Source of the DNA: Patescibacteria group bacterium
Lineage (GTDB): Bacteria > Patescibacteriota > Patescibacteriia > 2-01-FULL-39-33
Length of the DNA stretch: 64,000 nucleotides
Direction: 5' to 3'
Assembly: GCA_041662745.1 (NCBI GenBank)
Contig: JBAZRV010000002.1
Coordinates: forward strand, 149,785 to 213,784
Part shown: in pieces, positions 8,489 through 15,876 of the stretch
How positions within the stretch are numbered: the stretch's first letter is position 1
How the letters are laid out: each line of letters begins with the position of its first letter
Position numbers and translations under genes: made by a program
The notes under the pieces: generated by a model
The model's input: only the letters and a program-made list of their open reading frames with translations
Told to the model about the DNA's origin: nothing
The model's database searches: none

Positions 8489-9238
8489 ATGATTATGCCA
8501 AATATTTTATGGTCAATTTCGGCCGTAGCTGTTGTCAGCCTGCTGTCGTTCTCCGGAGCGCTCAGCTTGTTTCTTAACGAAAAGTGGCTGAACAAAGCTT
8601 TGATTTATTTTGTCTCCTTCGCGGCCGGTTCCATGATCGGCGCGTCCTTTTTCCATTTATTGCCCGAAGCCTTAGAAACAATTCCTTCATTAGAGGTTTT
8701 TATCGCCGTTTTAGTCGGTTTCTCGCTTTTCTTCGTCTTGGAAAGATTCTTGCGTTGGCATCATTGCCATAATGGGAAATGCGAAACTCATAATCATTTG
8801 GGCTGGCTGAATTTGATCGGCGACGGTTTTCACAATGCGATTGACGGCATGGTCATCTTTGCCTCCTTTTTGGGCGGTCCGGTTTTGGGCATACCGGTTA
8901 CTTTATCCATAATCCTTCATGAAATTCCGCAGGAATTGGGAGATTTCGGGGTTTTACTATATTCCGGATTTACCAAAAAGAAGGCTTTATTTTATAATTT
9001 GTTTTCCGCCTGCATGGCCTTTGTCGGCGTGTTGCTAGGTTGGATGTTTTATCAACAAAGCGAACTGGTTTCCGCTTTACTTCTGCCTTTTGCCGCCGGC
9101 GGTTTTATTTATATCGCTTCCTCGGATTTGATTCCCGAATTGCATAAGGATAGGAATTTGACCCGCGCTGTTTTATCTTATATTTTGTTTGTTTCGGCTT
9201 TAGTTTTCATGTATTTTATGAAAGTGTGGTTTGAATAG
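8489..9238 (+). CDS. ZIP-family metal (zinc) transporter, ZupT-like
   Basis: The HEIPQELGDFGVLL signature and multiple TM helices. The track ORF starts at 8447 inside the repeat. The ATG at 8489 (MIMPNILWS) is the more plausible start. Confidence 0.8.
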   Translation: MIMPNILWSISAVAVVSLLSFSGALSLFLNEKWLNKALIYFVSFAAGSMIGASFFHLLPEALETIPSLEVFIAVLVGFSLFFVLERFLRWHHCHNGKCETHNHLGWLNLIGDGFHNAIDGMVIFASFLGGPVLGIPVTLSIILHEIPQELGDFGVLLYSGFTKKKALFYNLFSACMAFVGVLLGWMFYQQSELVSALLLPFAAGGFIYIASSDLIPELHKDRNLTRAVLSYILFVSALVFMYFMKVWFE

Positions 9239-9303
9239 ATTAGCTGTTAATTATTTCTTTCCGCCTGTCGGCAGGGTTAGCGTTAAAATATTATCTGGAA
9301 ATT

Positions 9304-10377
9304 ATGAAAAAAATCATATATCTAATCGTTTTTCTGTCAGCGTTTTGGCCGGCTTTGGCATTAGCTCAGTATTCGCCTGTCGGCGATAATCAGAATATTT
9401 ATTATTATTCCGCCACTTGCCCGCATTGTCTTAATGTCCACGAATTTTTTGATCAGTATGATATTTTAAAAAAATATAACATCATAGAGAAAGAGGTGTC
9501 GCAGAATCCCAAAAACGCCAAGGAGTTTTATGATTTATGCGTGGCTAAGAGCGTGCCGCCCGAGGATATTGGCGTACCTTACTTGCATTTTGAGGGTCAG
9601 TGCCTGTCCGGCGATCAGCCGATCATTGATTTTTTTAAAGCTAAATTGGGACTGATGGAGGAAAGCCAGCCGCCGAACGGCGGTCCGGCAACAGGCAAGA
9701 CAGATAACGGCTTGACGATCGGGGCGGTAACCGTGGCGGCTTTGGCCGATTCCATCAACCCTTGCGCCTTCTCGGTTATGATTTTCCTAATGTTGTCGCT
9801 TTTGGCTATCGGCGCTAAGAAGAGAATGCTTAAGATCGGCATCACTTATATTATTACTGTCTATATCGTTTACTTGGCGGCCGGATTGGGTTTGCTGGCA
9901 ACCTTTCAATGGCTTAGCGTCATTAGCAAATATATTTTATGGCTGGCGGCCGGACTGGCGATTATTGCCGGACTAATTAACATTAAAGACTTTTTTTGGT
10001 ATGGCCAGGGGATTACTCTGGCTATTCCCGAAGATAAGAAGCCGCTATTGGAAAAATATATCAAGCACGCCTCACTGCCGGCGGCAATTGTTTTGGGGTT
10101 TTTAGTCGCCCTGTTTGAACTGCCTTGCACCGGCGGATTTTATTTGGCTATTCTGGCCTTGTTGGCTCAAGAAATGACTTATTGGAGCGGGGTGGCTTAT
10201 TTGCTGTTTTATAATATTGTTTTTGTGGCGCCGTTATTTATTATTTTAGCCATTGTGTATAAAGGCGTATCGCCGCAACAGTTGGAGAATTGGCGTACGG
10301 CCAAACGCAAATGGCTACGGCTGTTGATGGGATTAGTGTTAGTTGTGTTGGGTTTGAGTTTGATATTTCTATTTTAA
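9304..10377 (+). CDS. Thioredoxin-like domain fused to a CcdA/DsbD-type disulfide-transporter membrane domain
   Basis: N-terminal signal peptide and a CPHC thioredoxin motif (SATCPHCLNVHEFF). C-terminal 6-TM domain with the conserved cysteines of the CcdA/DsbD family (NPCAFSV… and ELPCTGGFY). Confidence 0.7.
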   Translation: MKKIIYLIVFLSAFWPALALAQYSPVGDNQNIYYYSATCPHCLNVHEFFDQYDILKKYNIIEKEVSQNPKNAKEFYDLCVAKSVPPEDIGVPYLHFEGQCLSGDQPIIDFFKAKLGLMEESQPPNGGPATGKTDNGLTIGAVTVAALADSINPCAFSVMIFLMLSLLAIGAKKRMLKIGITYIITVYIVYLAAGLGLLATFQWLSVISKYILWLAAGLAIIAGLINIKDFFWYGQGITLAIPEDKKPLLEKYIKHASLPAAIVLGFLVALFELPCTGGFYLAILALLAQEMTYWSGVAYLLFYNIVFVAPLFIILAIVYKGVSPQQLENWRTAKRKWLRLLMGLVLVVLGLSLIFLF

Positions 10378-10473
10378 AATTCTTTTTGATAAATATTGCC
10401 CACCTTAGTATTGGTTAAGGTGGGTTTATTTTGTTTAAAATTAGGTATTATTTATTGATTGTGGATAAACCCC

Positions 10474-10502
10474 TTGACAAAATATTAATATCGTGAGATA
10501 AT
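10474..10502 (+). promoter_or_regulatory. Sigma-70-like promoter upstream of the DGR target operon
   Basis: TTGACA at 10474-10479, a 17-bp spacer, and GATAAT at 10497-10502. A hairpin-containing 5' UTR and RBS GGAGA follow. Confidence 0.5.
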
Positions 10503-10586
10503 CTATGCAGTACGTTACATCTGGCAGGCCTTAGGCCGGAGAATAGTTCTCCGGTAGGAGGTAAGCCGCAACATGGGAGAAAGACC

Positions 10587-11273
10587 ATGAAAAAGAAGAG
10601 TGAGTTCTTGAGTGCCCTGGGTGTTATGTGGGAGATTTGGAAATCGCTGACGGACGAAATTTTGTCTTTAGGCGGCGATGACGAGGCGATTTGCCTTATT
10701 AAGGCGAATAATGATCTGCGAAGGCAAATGGCCGAATTGGTAATGGCTAAAGCGCGTGACATCAAAGACGCCGCCAAGCAAATCGTCTCGCCGTATCTGA
10801 CGTCTGTCCATGACCTCGTCATTGACTTCAGTCAGGATCTCGGGCAGATGATTGCCGCCGGCAAGTATGACTGGACCAACTCCGACATTACCGCCGAGCA
10901 TTTTCCTCTTAATGGAGCGGGTAAGCGGAAGGTCCGAGTCGAGTTGCTTCACTTCAATCAGTATTTCAAAAATGGCGATGAAGTGATTGCCAAACTGAAA
11001 GAAGTCAATAAGTGGCTGGCCCAGCAAGGAGCGAACTATCGCTATCGTTTCTCTCGCATTGAAGAGTTTTTGGCTTTGGGCGTGGTCCAACCCGGTCTGC
11101 AACGGCAATTTCCCATTGCCGCTCTGGGCTCAATTTGGCACCGTGCCGGCCTCCGCGACTTCGCTTACCTCTACGGGTTTGGTGCGGAGCGCGACCTGCG
11201 CCTGCGCTGTCTTGAGTTTGACTTCGGCGGCCCTTGGCGGTTCGCTGTTGTCCGCGAGCATGCCTGCCGGTAG
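10587..11273 (+). CDS. DGR target (variable) protein 1. The C-terminal ~41 codons form variable repeat VR1. The C-terminus ends …WRFAVVREHACR, reminiscent of C-type-lectin-fold DGR targets.
   Basis: Its C-terminal 123 bp match the template repeat, with substitutions only at TR adenines. It is paralogous to the downstream gene over the C-terminal ~130 aa and differs at the N-terminus. Confidence 0.8.
   Translation: MKKKSEFLSALGVMWEIWKSLTDEILSLGGDDEAICLIKANNDLRRQMAELVMAKARDIKDAAKQIVSPYLTSVHDLVIDFSQDLGQMIAAGKYDWTNSDITAEHFPLNGAGKRKVRVELLHFNQYFKNGDEVIAKLKEVNKWLAQQGANYRYRFSRIEEFLALGVVQPGLQRQFPIAALGSIWHRAGLRDFAYLYGFGAERDLRLRCLEFDFGGPWRFAVVREHACR
11133..11255 (+). repeat. DGR variable repeat VR1
   Basis: Aligned by eye to TR (12216-12339). 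About 22 mismatches, all at positions where TR has A (e.g. TR AAC codons correspond to VR CTC, TTT, GGC and so on). Three further non-A mismatches lie only in the last ~12 bp. Confidence 0.85.
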
Positions 11274-11284
11274 GCAGGCATGTT
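11257..11284 (+). other. IMH-like GC-rich segment and hairpin (CATGCCTGCC-GGTA-GGCAGGCATG) downstream of VR1. Probable DGR target-recognition/cruciform element.
   Basis: A perfect 10-bp stem with a 4-nt loop immediately 3' of VR1. The same ~60 bp (GTTGTCCGCGAGCATGCCTGCCGGTAGGCAGGCATGTTACCTTGATTCCTTGAACCTTGAC) follows VR2. It is absent after TR. Confidence 0.75.
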
Positions 11285-11333
11285 ACCTTGATTCCTTGAA
11301 CCTTGACACCAAAATCGGAAAAAGGAGGACATC

Positions 11334-11945
11334 ATGAGAACTGTAAGTAAAACCGGAAACAAAAAAGTCAGAACTGGAACTATCTCCGCCATCACTGGCG
11401 CGATAATCTGCCAAGGCGGAAAAGCCAAGGACTTGACTGCGATTGTCAGAAATGATGAATTGCTCAAACAATTGGCCACGACCATTATCGAACTGTCCAA
11501 AAAGATCATTCAAGTCATTGTTGACTGCACCATGTCGCTCGGCGATATGATCGACGCCGGCAAGTATGACTGGGTGAACTCGAACATCAACGCCAACAAC
11601 TTCCCGATCAGCAGGAAGGGTAAGAAGGTGGTCAGCATTGAACTCTGGCATCCCAACAGGTATTTTAATAACGGCGATGAAGTGATTGCCGAGCTGAAAA
11701 AAACTAAACCCGGCTATCGTTTTACTCAGATTGAAGAACTCCTGGCCTTAGGCGCGGTCCGACCCGATCTGCAACGGCAATTTCCCATTGCCGCTCTGGG
11801 CTCAATTTGGCACCCTGCCGGCGACCGCGACTTCGCTTTCCTCGACAGGCATGATGCGGAGCGCAACCTGTTCCTGGACTATCTTGAGCGTGACTTCAGC
11901 GACCGTTGGCGCTTTGCGGTTGTCCGCGAGCATGCCTGCCGGTAG
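11334..11945 (+). CDS. DGR target (variable) protein 2 (paralog of target 1). The C-terminal portion is VR2.
   Basis: The conserved segment GDMIDAGKYDW…WRFAVVREHACR is shared with target 1. Its C-terminal 122 bp match TR with A-specific differences only. Confidence 0.8.
   Translation: MRTVSKTGNKKVRTGTISAITGAIICQGGKAKDLTAIVRNDELLKQLATTIIELSKKIIQVIVDCTMSLGDMIDAGKYDWVNSNINANNFPISRKGKKVVSIELWHPNRYFNNGDEVIAELKKTKPGYRFTQIEELLALGAVRPDLQRQFPIAALGSIWHPAGDRDFAFLDRHDAERNLFLDYLERDFSDRWRFAVVREHACR
11805..11926 (+). repeat. DGR variable repeat VR2
   Basis: It differs from TR at about 17 positions, all TR adenines. The 3' end (TTGGCGCTTTGCGGTTGTCCGC) is identical to TR. Confidence 0.85.
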
Positions 11946-11956
11946 GCAGGCATGTT
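11929..11956 (+). other. IMH-like segment and hairpin downstream of VR2 (second copy)
   Basis: Identical to the 11257-11284 element. Confidence 0.75.
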
Positions 11957-11991
11957 ACCTTGATTCCTTGAACCTTGACCCCTTGAATTTT

Positions 11992-12030
11992 CCGCGCGAT
12001 GACCATAGTTATCGCGCGGCTTTTATTTTA
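11992..12030 (+). terminator. Rho-independent terminator after the target operon
   Basis: Stem CCGCGCGAT / ATCGCGCGG with a 10-nt loop, followed by TTTTATTTT. Confidence 0.6.
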
Positions 12031-12215
12031 TCTAATTTTTTACTATAATAGAGCCAAGGGTTAATACTCCCGCGGCCACGGTTTCGGGATACCCGCAAAA
12101 TAAACAAGATTGCTCGGCGTCTGATGTTGGCGGGTTTAAAGACCCCGAATAAAATACAGCCGGAAGATACGGCCTGGCTGTTCAACCGGCAGTGGCTACA
12201 GATGGCGTCAGACGA

Positions 12216-12339
12216 ATTTTGGCACCATGCCGGCAACCGCAACTTCGCTTACCTCAACAGGAATGATGCGAAGCGCAACCTGAACCTGAACTATCTTGAG
12301 AATGACTTCAACGACAATTGGCGCTTTGCGGTTGTCCGC
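12216..12339 (+). repeat. DGR template repeat (TR)
   Basis: Adenine-rich (Asn-codon-rich if translated: …AGNRNFAYLNRNDAKRNLNLNYLENDFNDNWRFAVV). It matches VR1 and VR2 except at A positions. It is followed by divergent sequence (TATCAATTTTG) instead of the IMH plus hairpin. A -10-like TATAAT sits at 12044-12049 upstream. Confidence 0.85.
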
Positions 12340-12772
12340 TATCAATTTTGTTTTCCGTCCTCGCTGTTGGCGGGGATGTTTTTTCCAAACCGATTTTCCA
12401 CGCATAGGCCAACCGTCCGATTTCCTCAATTTTAAGCGCCAAATCGCGGAATTTATTATCATTAAATAGCTTCATTTCCCAGCACAGCCGCAAATAAAAT
12501 TTCAGCAGATCGATTTTTTTTATTGATTTTATTGCCGGTTTTAATTTTTTGTCTTTCGGCAGATATTGGGCGGTGGCCAGTATTTCCAATAGTTCCAGAA
12601 ATATCTGATCCAGGCGGATGCCCAAGGTAAAGCGAGATGTTTTGGGAAAATTTTTTAACCAATCATGCCAAAGTTTGTAGGCAGCGATGGTTTTGCCCAG
12701 AACCAGTAAATTTCCCGTCGGGGGGGGGGATTTAAAGGATGAATTATGAGAAATAAGATCAGATTGAGTCAT
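12308..12772 (-). CDS. Avd-like accessory variability determinant (four-helix-bundle, 23S rRNA-IVS protein family)
   Basis: AAYKLWHDWLKNFPKTSRFTLGIRLDQIFLELLEILATAQ…LALKIEEIGRLAYAWKIGLE resembles the DGR Avd/IVS four-helix-bundle family. It is encoded on the opposite strand to RT. Its 3' end overlaps TR by ~30 bp and its 5' end overlaps the RT start by 27 bp. Confidence 0.6.
   Translation of the reverse strand: MTQSDLISHNSSFKSPPPTGNLLVLGKTIAAYKLWHDWLKNFPKTSRFTLGIRLDQIFLELLEILATAQYLPKDKKLKPAIKSIKKIDLLKFYLRLCWEMKLFNDNKFRDLALKIEEIGRLAYAWKIGLEKTSPPTARTENKIDSGQPQSANCR
12720..12729. repeat. Homopolymeric G10 (C10 on the minus strand) tract
   Basis: CGGGGGGGGGGA at 12719-12730. It encodes PPP in the avd N-terminus and lies 17-26 bp upstream of the RT start codon, adjacent to its RBS AAAGGA. 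Confidence 0.8.
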
Positions 12773-13804
12773 AGTTTTGACGAGATTATTTGTCTTGATA
12801 ATTTATTGGCGGCCTGGCGGGAATTCGTCCGTGGCAAAAGAGACAAGAAAGACGTGCAAGAATTCCAGTGGCAACTGATGGATAATCTTACAGTGCTTCA
12901 TTGGAATTTGGCAAGCGGCGATTATTGCCATGGCGGCTATCAGGCCTTTAAGATTTGTGATCCCAAATCGCGGCAAATCCATAAGGCGTCGGTTCGGGAC
13001 AGATTAGTCCATCATGCGATTTATCGGATTTTGTATCCGTTCTTTGATCGGACTTTCATCGCCGATTCTTATTCCTGCCGGCTGGGCAAGGGCACGCATA
13101 GGGCCTTGGCTCGGTTCAGTGAATTCGCTTACTCCGCCAGTCGGAACAATACCCGCACTTGCTGGGTTTTGAAGGGCGATATCAGGAAGTTTTTTGCCAA
13201 CATTAATCATGGGATATTGAAAGAGATTTTGGCCGAGTATATTCTAGATAAAAAGATTTTGGGGTTATTGGATGAAGTGATTGACAGCTTTCACTGTGTT
13301 AATGATAACCTGGATTCCTGCTTTCGCAGGAATGACAAGGGGAAGGATGAGGATGTCAGTGGTAGTAGAGGTCTGCCATTAGGCAATCTGACTTCGCAAC
13401 TTTTAGTTAATATTTACATGAATAGATTCGATCAATTTGTTAAGCATAAATTACAAGTCAAGTATTATATCCGCTATGCTGATGATTTCGTGATAATATC
13501 TAATGACAAAGGAGATCTAATTCGATTATTGGAGTTGATTAGCAATTATTTGAAACAAGAACTGAAATTGGAGCTTCATGATGATAAAATTTCCATTCGC
13601 ACTCTTAGTTCAAGCATTGATTTCTTGGGCTGGATTAATTTTCCCCGTCATCGTGTTTTACGGACAAAAACTAAAAGGAGGATGTTTAGGAGATTGCGGG
13701 ATAATTTTAGGTCAGAAGCGGTTAATTCGTATATCGGCCTGCTAAGTCATGGCAATGCTTATGGATTGCAAAAAAAGATTGCTAAATTAGCTGATTTTTG
13801 TTAG
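12746..13804 (+). CDS. DGR reverse transcriptase
   Basis: N-terminal FDEIICLDNLLAAWREFVRGKR. SVRDRLVHHAIYRIL. A catalytic IRYADDFVII (YADD) motif. RGLPLGNLTSQLLVNIYMN. 352 aa, typical of DGR RTs. Located adjacent to TR and avd. Confidence 0.9.
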   Translation: MRNKIRLSHSFDEIICLDNLLAAWREFVRGKRDKKDVQEFQWQLMDNLTVLHWNLASGDYCHGGYQAFKICDPKSRQIHKASVRDRLVHHAIYRILYPFFDRTFIADSYSCRLGKGTHRALARFSEFAYSASRNNTRTCWVLKGDIRKFFANINHGILKEILAEYILDKKILGLLDEVIDSFHCVNDNLDSCFRRNDKGKDEDVSGSRGLPLGNLTSQLLVNIYMNRFDQFVKHKLQVKYYIRYADDFVIISNDKGDLIRLLELISNYLKQELKLELHDDKISIRTLSSSIDFLGWINFPRHRVLRTKTKRRMFRRLRDNFRSEAVNSYIGLLSHGNAYGLQKKIAKLADFC

Positions 13805-13834
13805 GATACCAGTATAATTTATGCGCAGAATCTT

Positions 13835-14572
13835 ATGTCTTTTTTGGATAAAATTCTAAAATCCTCCGGCAATACCTTATACTATCCCGGCTGTCTGACC
13901 AAATACGTAGCCAAGGATATTTTTGATAATTACAAAAAACTGCTGGAAATGTGCGGCGAGGATTTTATCATTTTGCCGGACAAGGAAGTTTGTTGCGGTT
14001 CGCCGGCCATTAATGCCGGCTTTAAGGCTGAGGCCAAATCTTTAGTCGGGAAAAATCTAGAATTATTCAAACAGTATAATATCAAAAAAATCATTACCGG
14101 CTGTCCGGCCTGCTATCGCGTGTTCAGCCATGAATATCCCAAAATTCTATCAGATTCTTGGGGTATTGAGGTGGAACACATGACCACCTATCTGCTGGAA
14201 AAGTTAAAGTCCGGCAAACTTAAATTGCCAGAAGTTAAAATCAAAGCCGCCTATCACGATCCCTGCCATTTGGGCCGGCATAGCCGGATTTATGAGGAAC
14301 CGCGAGAGTTGCTCAGGGCCATAGGCGTAGACTTGCAAGAAATGGCGTTGAACCGCGAATATGCTTTCTGTTGCGGCGCGGGCGGGGGGGTGCAATCCAA
14401 TCATAAGGAGTTGGCGGAAAAGATCGCCACCGAGAGGGTGAGCCAAGCCGTGGCTACGACCGCCGAATACCTGGTAACGCCTTGTCCCATGTGCGCTTAT
14501 AATTTGCGCAATGGTACGGGCGATAAGATTAAAGTCGTGGAATTTTCGGAAGCGCTATTGGGTAAAATATAA
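13835..14572 (+). CDS. Cysteine-rich (CCG-domain) Fe-S oxidoreductase subunit, LutA/GlcF-C-terminal/HdrB-like
   Basis: Two CCG-type cysteine clusters (YYPGC…CCGSPAINAGF…TGCPACY and PCH…FCCGAGGG…PCPMC). Confidence 0.65.
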   Translation: MSFLDKILKSSGNTLYYPGCLTKYVAKDIFDNYKKLLEMCGEDFIILPDKEVCCGSPAINAGFKAEAKSLVGKNLELFKQYNIKKIITGCPACYRVFSHEYPKILSDSWGIEVEHMTTYLLEKLKSGKLKLPEVKIKAAYHDPCHLGRHSRIYEEPRELLRAIGVDLQEMALNREYAFCCGAGGGVQSNHKELAEKIATERVSQAVATTAEYLVTPCPMCAYNLRNGTGDKIKVVEFSEALLGKI

Positions 14573-14574
14573 TT

Positions 14575-15726
14575 ATGAATCGTGATTTTGTTTACAATTA
14601 TCTTAGCAAGCGAGTTGCCGCCTTAAACCGCGAAGATCAGGAAAAGCTGCGCGATGAGATTTTTGAATTGAAAAAAAAGGCGGCAGCCAGGTTACCCGAG
14701 TTGGTGGAAAAGGCTAAAAATAAATTGGAGCAAGCCGGCGCCAAAGTTTATGTAGTCAAAGATAATGCCGCCGCCACGGAGCTGATTAAAGAATTAGCCG
14801 GTTCCAGTTTGGCGGTTAAAAGCAAATCCAACACCTTGGATAAATTGGGATTAAAAGGAATTTTAGGGGATAAATTGACTGAAACGGATTTGGGCGCCTA
14901 TATCGTCAGCCAAATCGGCGGCGACTCGGATCACCCGGTTTTGCCGGCCATTGATTTGTCAGCCGAAGAAATCGTTGCCAAATTCAAAGAACGGGGAATT
15001 GATCTGCCGGCCAAGCCCAAGGAATTGGTGGATAAATTAAAAAAAATCATTAAGGAAAAGATTTTATCCGCTGAAGTCGGATTGACCGGCGCTAACGCCG
15101 TTACCGCCGACGGGCAAATCATGCTGCTGGAGAACGAAGGCAATATTTCATTGGTCACTCGTTTACCCGGGTTGCATATTGCCGTCGCCAAGGTGGAAAA
15201 AGTCGTTGCTTCTTACGAGGATGCGATTAAAATCGCCAAGGCCGCCGCCGTTTGGGGGACCGGCCAGAGTTGGACGTCTTACGTGTCTTTTATCGGCGGA
15301 CCGTCGCAAACCGCAGATATTGAGAATGAGTTGGTTACTGGAGTGCAGGGAGCGCAGAAGTTAATCCTGATTTTAATTGAAGGACAATCCTATCAAAAAA
15401 TTGGCACGGAGTTGGAGAGTATGCTATACTGTATACATTGCGGAGCTTGTTATAATCTTTGCCCGTCCTGGAATCTGACCTTGACCATGCCTAAAGTCAG
15501 CAGTGATCAGACCAATTTTACTTGCACTCTGTGTCAGAATTGCACCCTTAATTGCCCGGCCAGGATAGATTGGCAGAATATTACCAGGATTTATCGTGAG
15601 AAATTTACCGCCGAAGGCAAGATTAGCGCAGTTAATGCCAAAATGCTTAAGAATTTAAGGCAATATGGCAACCCTTTCGGCGAAGTTTCAGAGGGCGTCG
15701 CGCCGGATGAATTATTTTGCTGTTAA
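14575..15726 (+). CDS. LUD-domain protein with a C-terminal 4Fe-4S ferredoxin-type domain (LutB-like)
   Basis: CIHCGACYNLCP and CTLCQNCTLNCP ferredoxin motifs, with an N-terminal LUD/DUF162-like region. Adjacent to the LutA-like gene. Confidence 0.6.
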   Translation: MNRDFVYNYLSKRVAALNREDQEKLRDEIFELKKKAAARLPELVEKAKNKLEQAGAKVYVVKDNAAATELIKELAGSSLAVKSKSNTLDKLGLKGILGDKLTETDLGAYIVSQIGGDSDHPVLPAIDLSAEEIVAKFKERGIDLPAKPKELVDKLKKIIKEKILSAEVGLTGANAVTADGQIMLLENEGNISLVTRLPGLHIAVAKVEKVVASYEDAIKIAKAAAVWGTGQSWTSYVSFIGGPSQTADIENELVTGVQGAQKLILILIEGQSYQKIGTELESMLYCIHCGACYNLCPSWNLTLTMPKVSSDQTNFTCTLCQNCTLNCPARIDWQNITRIYREKFTAEGKISAVNAKMLKNLRQYGNPFGEVSEGVAPDELFCC

Positions 15727-15765
15727 AATAGATAAATAAATTCACCCTGTTAAATAATTCGCCTA

Positions 15766-15783
15766 GGCGAATTAAAAATCTAT
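15766..15783. promoter_or_regulatory. Perfect 18-bp palindrome AATTCGCCTAGGCGAATT in the promoter region. Candidate operator.
   Basis: Located between 14-bp inverted repeats (ACCCTGTTAAATAA at 15749 and TTATTTAACAGGGT at 15857). A TATAAT-like element lies at about 15795, upstream of the 15877 gene. Confidence 0.35.
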
Positions 15784-15876
15784 TGTTATAATAAGCAGAT
15801 GGGATACGGGTGAAATCTCAATAAAATTACTTCTTAACTCAATTTTAATTAATTTTTATTTAACAGGGTAAACAAT

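Noticed and set aside
10448-10822. 124-aa minus-strand ORF overlapping the promoter and 5' end of DGR target gene 1
   Set aside because: Antisense to a well-supported gene and promoter. No motifs.
12124-12435. 103-aa plus-strand ORF (Asn-rich)
   Set aside because: It is the DGR template repeat and flanks read as protein. Adenine richness gives Asn codons. TR is not expected to be translated.
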